64,000 nucleotides of DNA. It comes from Octopus sinensis. Its lineage: Eukaryota. The position numbers and the translations under genes are program-made. This document shows positions 58,414-64,000 of this stretch, in pieces. Below the pieces are notes generated by a model. The model saw only the letters and a program-made list of their open reading frames with translations, made no database searches and had not been told where the DNA came from. The stretch spans positions 133,982,001 through 134,046,000 of the forward strand of contig NC_042997.1 of the NCBI RefSeq assembly GCF_006345805.1. The letters are read 5' to 3'. Numbering within the stretch: position 1 is the stretch's first letter; every line of letters starts with the position of its first letter.

Positions 58414-61314
58414 CTACTCCCACCTATCAGCCAATTGCTCGTGCGCTTTTTTCATTGCCATCATTTTCACCTTCTTTGCAACAATAGTTGCCGTACTTCC
58501 CTCGGGTTGTTCAGTTTGGGTATCCTGCACGAGATCAATAGCAAATTTTTTGCTTTCCTTTATGATAGAATGAAGCTTCTTTCGTCTCTCGTGATTTTCC
58601 ACGAGCTTTAGCATCCAGTCATTCAATATTTCGAGATATTTGGCCAGTCCAATTGTGGTTGTTTTGTAAGCTAGTTCAAATTGGATCAGGCCTCGACCTC
58701 GATCTACGTCTGCCTTTGGGTGGTGCATCCTATTACAACTCAGCAGCTTGCGTATTTTTCTATCTATATTCTTTACTTCACTCATATTCCAGTTCAACAC
58801 ATTGTAGCTATAAGTAACAACTGGAACTGCTAAGGAATTTATAGCTAACACCTTGTTACGCGCATTTAGTTCAGATTTCAGGACTGCACGAACTCTCCTA
58901 TAACATTCCTTCCTGATTTTCTCTTTCATGCTTTCATGCTGAATACCAGAGCCTTCATTTATCCCTAAATATTTGTATGTTTGTTCTTGCTCAAGCTCTC
59001 TTATGACTGTGTCAACATCTAACACGACTGAATTTGTGGTCTTCCCTTTCTGGAAAGTGGCATTGGCACACTTCTCAAGTCCAAACTCCATCCCGATGTC
59101 ATCGCTGAATGCTTTCACGGTGTGCAATAGGCCTTCAAGTTCATTATTGTCTTTACCATAAAGTTTTAAGTCATCCATATAAAATAGGTGGCTTATTTTT
59201 TTATTGGCAATTTTATACCCATACCCTGTTCTGTTTAATTCACTTGTAATGGGTATTAGGGCTATGCAGAATATTAAAGGTGAAAGTGAGTCACCTTGAA
59301 AAATTCCACAGTTGATGTTTATATTTTCTGAGGCAAGTACTCCATTAGAGTGGTATAATTGGAGATTCGTATTCCACAACGACATATTGTGCTTCAGGAA
59401 GTTTGAAATCACAGGGGAAATTTTGAAGATGTCCAGCGATCTCAAGATCCATGGATGCGGTATACTGTCGAAGACCTTTTTGTAGTCAATCCATGCGGTG
59501 CTGAGATTTCTGCGCTTGTTGTGACAGTTCTCAAGGACCATACGATTGATTAGCAGTTGATCTTTGCATCCGTAAGAGCCTCGGCGGCACCCTTTTTGTT
59601 CAATGGGGAAAATATCGTTCTTCTCCATGAATGCATATGTTTTCTCCGCCAGGATAGATGTTAGGATTTTATACGTGGTGGATAGACAGGTTATAGGCCG
59701 ATAGTTTTTTGGAAGGTTGGTTTCGTTATTCTTTGGGAGTAGGTAAGTAATGCCACTTGCTAACCATTCAGGTGTTTTCTTTGGGTCTCTCATAATTCCA
59801 TTGAGCAGCTGAACTAGCTTACCGTGTGCGCATGGGAGCGATGCGAGCCAGAAATTCGGCACCCTATCTTTACCGGGGGATTTCCAATTATGGGCCTTCG
59901 TGAGTGCCTTTCTTAGGTCTGCTATTGTGATGTCTTCCCATGCTTGTTGTAAATTTTGGTAGGATCCTTCAGTTTGTATAATCCAGTCTGCATTTATGTT
60001 GTACGTCTTCTTGTCACTCCAAATCCTTTTCCAAAACTTTTGAACTTCTTCCATGGGAGGGGGCTCTTTAACGGTTACTTTCTCCTTCCCTATTTCTCTG
60101 TAGAATTTTTTGGCATTGGATGTGAACAGCTTATTTTGCTTGTAAAACTTGTTTCTCTTCTCAAATCTTCGTATTCTTTGGGCTTTTGCTTGGACTTTTT
60201 GTTTCAGCGTTTCTTTTATTGATATCAGTTCTTCTCTTGGTGAGGATCCAAATTTTCTCTTCATCTTTCTTCCTGTTCTGGATCTTACATCATTTCCACA
60301 TATTAGTTCATTTAATATTGAGATTTCCCCTCTCATAAATTCAATCTCTTTTTCAATTTTACTTCTCCAGGTTTGATTTCTTCCCAGGTTTTGTTTTCTT
60401 TGTTTTTTCGGGGGCATACAGCTGGTTTCAATTGCCCTAGCAGAAGCGTAAATAATTTCATTTAACTCAGTAAAATCAGGTTTTAATTCTCGTATTATTT
60501 CATTTGTTACATAGTTGCCAATTTGGATTTGTTTTTTATTTTGGTTTGTATTTGAGAGTTTATGAAGTGGTTCTCTATCATTCATACTTGTATGTCTTAC
60601 AACTCCAAGCGTATTCAGGATTTTCTGCCTCATTTCTGCCATAGACTCTCTGTGTTCTTCAGCAAATGCGAGATCTTCAGTTACTGTTGTATTTTCGTTT
60701 TCCTGGCTATCTTTAACAAGTACAATAGAATTTCTTGTATCTTCAGACCTTTGCGTACTTTGGTCAGATGGCAGTCTTTCAATTAAGCCTCGTGGCGGGC
60801 TATACTGTTCATCTGATTCTTCATTTCCTTTGTGTCTTATATTTATGTCATTTTCCGTTGCGTGCTTGATCGCGCTTATTTCACTGTCTGTGAGTCTGTT
60901 ATTTCTAAGGATATCCCTCCTCACATTTGCTAATTTGTTCTCGTCCAAATAGGGCCTACTGTCTTGATTCCGTGTTCTCCATATACTGTAAGAGTTTGCG
61001 GTGTGTCTCTCTTGAGATGGCCTACCTGATGCATAGTAATAAGCGTATATTACTTCTTTATACTCTTCTCGGGTCCATTTGTTCCGCTTACATTTTTCTT
61101 TCTGTGGTGGTTGTGGTGGTGAACTTGGAGGGCTCGAGTTGGGGGATTTCCCGTTCAAGTGACCATCTATGTCCGTATTCGGAGAAGAGTTTGTGCCAGT
61201 TGATGACTTTTCGATCCCAGGCTGGCTCTTCCCTGGGGGACGCGCTTCCAGATTAACCATAGGACAAGCGATTTGGTATACTGATTTAGTTTTCCTTTTA
61301 GTTTCCAAAAACAT
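58414..61314 (-). CDS. R4/Dong-type ORF, N-terminal 966 aa including reverse transcriptase (ends at premature TAG)
   Basis: KWTREEYKEVIYAYY (Myb-like), KSPGKD, NYRPITCLSTTYKILT, EQKG, WIDYKKVFDSIPH, GIFQGDSLSP, LFYMDDLK, FGLEKC, YKYLG. Confidence 0.93.
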   Translation of the reverse strand: MFLETKRKTKSVYQIACPMVNLEARPPGKSQPGIEKSSTGTNSSPNTDIDGHLNGKSPNSSPPSSPPQPPQKEKCKRNKWTREEYKEVIYAYYYASGRPSQERHTANSYSIWRTRNQDSRPYLDENKLANVRRDILRNNRLTDSEISAIKHATENDINIRHKGNEESDEQYSPPRGLIERLPSDQSTQRSEDTRNSIVLVKDSQENENTTVTEDLAFAEEHRESMAEMRQKILNTLGVVRHTSMNDREPLHKLSNTNQNKKQIQIGNYVTNEIIRELKPDFTELNEIIYASARAIETSCMPPKKQRKQNLGRNQTWRSKIEKEIEFMRGEISILNELICGNDVRSRTGRKMKRKFGSSPREELISIKETLKQKVQAKAQRIRRFEKRNKFYKQNKLFTSNAKKFYREIGKEKVTVKEPPPMEEVQKFWKRIWSDKKTYNINADWIIQTEGSYQNLQQAWEDITIADLRKALTKAHNWKSPGKDRVPNFWLASLPCAHGKLVQLLNGIMRDPKKTPEWLASGITYLLPKNNETNLPKNYRPITCLSTTYKILTSILAEKTYAFMEKNDIFPIEQKGCRRGSYGCKDQLLINRMVLENCHNKRRNLSTAWIDYKKVFDSIPHPWILRSLDIFKISPVISNFLKHNMSLWNTNLQLYHSNGVLASENININCGIFQGDSLSPLIFCIALIPITSELNRTGYGYKIANKKISHLFYMDDLKLYGKDNNELEGLLHTVKAFSDDIGMEFGLEKCANATFQKGKTTNSVVLDVDTVIRELEQEQTYKYLGINEGSGIQHESMKEKIRKECYRRVRAVLKSELNARNKVLAINSLAVPVVTYSYNVLNWNMSEVKNIDRKIRKLLSCNRMHHPKADVDRGRGLIQFELAYKTTTIGLAKYLEILNDWMLKLVENHERRKKLHSIIKESKKFAIDLVQDTQTEQPEGSTATIVAKKVKMMAMKKAHEQLADRWE

Positions 61315-61653
61315 TTTGGTGCTACGATAATGTTATCATTTTTTAGCTTTGATTGGCTCGTGGGGAGACGGCCATCATTGCCGTTACAATTATAATCGTA
61401 CCATTATGGCAGCCGTAGTCAGCTTATTATTGTTATTATCATCACCATTACTATCACTATCATCATTATCACCACCATTACCATCATCATTATCATCATC
61501 ACCATCACCATCACCACCATCATCATCAATGATATTGTTTTATGTGTAGTCACAGCAGTATCTTCTTCTTATTATTTTTGTTATTTTATCATTATCACCA
61601 TCACAGTAGTGTCTGTCTGTCTCGATGGCTGGCTTGGTTGTTGGCTGGCTGAC

Positions 61654-61703
<50 letters not shown>

Positions 61704-61712
61704 ATAATAATA

Positions 61713-61764
<52 letters not shown>

Positions 61765-61765
<1 letters not shown>

Positions 61766-62175
61766 AGAAGGCGGTGAGCTAGCAGAATCGTTAACATGCC
61801 GGGCGAATTGCTTTGCGGCACTTCGTCTGTCTGTATGTTCTGAGTTCAAATTCCGCCCAGGCCGACTTTGTCTTTCATCCCTGCTCAGTCGATAAATTAA
61901 ATACTAGTGAAACACTGGGATCGATGTAATCGACTGCTCCCCTCTCCCCAAATTTCAGGCCTTGTGCCTTTAGTAGAAAGGATTATTATTATAGTTATAA
62001 TTATTAAAGAAGGTGGCGAGCTGGGAAAATCGTTAGTGCGCCGAGCTACGTTCTGAGTTCAAATTCCGCCGACATCGACTTTATTTTTTATTCTTTCGGG
62101 GTCAATAACTTAAGTACCAGTCGAGTACTGGTGTCGATGTAATCGACTCTCCCCCTCCCCCAAATTTCAGGCTTT
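61765..62175 (+). mobile_element. Two SINE family B' copies in (ATT)n (~61765-61985, ~62008-62175)
   Basis: GAAGGCGGTGAGCTAGCAG head, AAATTTCAGGC tail, GATTATT. Confidence 0.82.
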
Positions 62176-62189
62176 TTACTCTTAATACG

Positions 62190-62607
62190 CTTTTCACTTA
62201 TTTCAGTCATTTGACTGTGGCCATGCTGAAGCACCGTCTTTTTTTCGAGCTCATCGACCCCAGGACTTATTGTTTGTAAGCCTAGTACTTATTCTGTCGG
62301 TCTCTTTTGCCGAACCTCTTAGTTACGGGGACGTAAACACACCAGCATCGGTTATCAAGCGATGCTAGGGGACAAATACAGACACACAAACACACACATA
62401 CAGAGACACACACATACATACACACACACACACGCACATATATATATACATACATACATACATACATACATACGACAGGCTTCTTTCAGTTTCTGTCTGC
62501 CAAATCCACTCACAAGCCTTTGGTTGGCCCGAGGCTATAGTAGAAGACACTTGCCCTAGTGCCACGCAGTGGGACTGAACCCAGAACCATGTAGTTCGCA
62601 AGCAAGC

Positions 62608-62608
<1 letters not shown>
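62190..62608 (-). mobile_element. SINE family A
   Basis: Matches family A sequence. Confidence 0.85.
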
Positions 62609-62650
<42 letters not shown>

Positions 62651-63111
62651 GAGTGAGAGAGCAGTTCATGCCATCAAAGTGACACTGGGGTAAAATATAC
62701 GAAGCCCAATGTACCCATCATGACTACCCGTCTGATAAGGGTACACCAGGCACATGCATCACAACCATATGTGCGCGACATGGTTATCTCATATCAAGAT
62801 AAACAGCACATGACCTTGCAGGTGGGGCCCAGTTAGAATTTTCTTCAGGTTGGGTAGCCCATCCCGCTCAAAAGGTCCCTGAATAAGGGTTGTTTAAGGA
62901 TGTTGAAAGAACCACCCATGTTTCCAGCGGTGAATTATTCAAACCCCAAAGAATCCCTCTCAACACATGGCTATGATGCTCCCCCACTACTTCTGCTCGT
63001 GATTAGAGATGCACATATCGTCAGCCACTAAGGGACATGCTCAACTGGTTAAGGTCAAACAACTGACAAACAAATCTGTGGTATTGAGCAGAATATTTGC
63101 TGTAGCCCATC
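62651..63111 (-). mobile_element. Element X, 5'-truncated
   Basis: Same fixed 3' end (GAGTGAGAGAGCAG on plus) after (ATT)n; truncated at TGTAGCCCATC next to (ACT)n/(ATT)n. Confidence 0.88.
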
Positions 63112-63113
63112 AT

Positions 63114-63175
<62 letters not shown>

Positions 63176-63199
63176 CTACTATTATTATCATTATTATTA

Positions 63200-63259
<60 letters not shown>

Positions 63260-63271
63260 GTGCTATTACTA

Positions 63272-63492
63272 ATAAAGATGGCTAACTGACAGAATGGTTA
63301 GCATGCCCGGCAAAATGTTTTGCGGCATTTCGTCTATCTTTACATTCTGAGTTCAAATTCCGCCGTGGTCGACTTTGCTTTTCATCCTTTCGGGATCGAT
63401 AAATTAAGAACCAGTGAAACACTGGGATCGATGTAATCGACAAGCCCCCTCCCACCAAAATTTCAGGTCTTGCGCCTTTAGTAAGAAAGGGT
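63272..63492 (+). mobile_element. SINE family B'
   Basis: Matches family B' sequence. Confidence 0.8.
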
Positions 63493-63686
63493 AATCATAA
63501 TTTTGAATCTTTACTCTTTCGCTGTTAGCACTTGTTTATCGCTGTTGGCTTTTGAAATTTGTGTAAATTTTACCGCTTTTCAGATGTTATGTCGAACGAG
63601 TACTCAGTTGAACCCCAACACCAACGAAGAAAACAAAAACAAAATAAATGCAACAAAAACCAAAGACAAAAGCAACCTCACTCCCG

Positions 63687-63728
<42 letters not shown>

Positions 63729-64000
63729 AATACAAACTGAAAAAAGCGAACGAATTTATCTGACACTCCCATAGTTCGGCTGTTTATTGTGTTGTTGATT
63801 GAAGGGAGAGGAACAATGATCAAAGCTTTCTGAAAACTCTTTTTTGCAGACATTAAAAAAAAAAAACAAACCAAAAAAACTTGAACACCAGCCGGGCTGA
63901 CCTCCACAGTTCACGTGTACGAAGATGTGGGGGAGGGGAGGTTTAAGGAAATCCTTAAATCTAAAAATATCCCAGGTGAAAGAAGTCTATTTGCGATAAC

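Larger units (their letters stand above)
57499..61423 (-). mobile_element. Near-full-length R4/Dong-clade non-LTR retrotransposon (RT + RLE) with (TAA)n tail
   Basis: Single frame 61314->57658 with N-terminal Myb-like domain, RT, CCHC knuckle, RLE; ~160-bp 3' UTR then ~310 bp (TAA)n; 5' boundary approximate. Confidence 0.93.

Overview
Very AT-rich, repeat-saturated animal DNA. The SINE, LINE and microsatellite repertoire suggests a coleoid cephalopod (Octopus-like) genome; this is an inference. No host protein-coding exon can be supported, and almost all ORFs in the supplied track are translated microsatellites or antisense frames of repeats. The window contains: (1) a near-full-length R4/Dong-clade non-LTR retrotransposon (57.5-61.4 kb, minus; one 1219-codon frame with two in-frame stops) plus 3' fragments of at least three related RLE families, mostly embedded in (TAA)n; (2) a ~553-bp non-coding (TAA)n-flanked element ('X') with fixed ends that looks like their non-autonomous partner; (3) five families of non-autonomous Helitrons, four loci being head-to-tail arrays with exact CTAG|TC junctions, one with its empty site preserved nearby; (4) several tRNA-derived SINE families, a 5S rRNA-headed SINE, and a tRNA-headed element with a Penelope-type tail carrying a hammerhead-ribozyme fold; (5) further hammerhead motifs in Penelope-like remnants; (6) RTE, CR1, mariner and hAT fossils, MITEs and foldback hairpins, an isolated 28S rRNA fragment, a ~1.56-kb near-identical tandem duplication, and a candidate CpG-retaining promoter near 52.4 kb. 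Coordinates were counted by eye; SINE and fossil ends are approximate.
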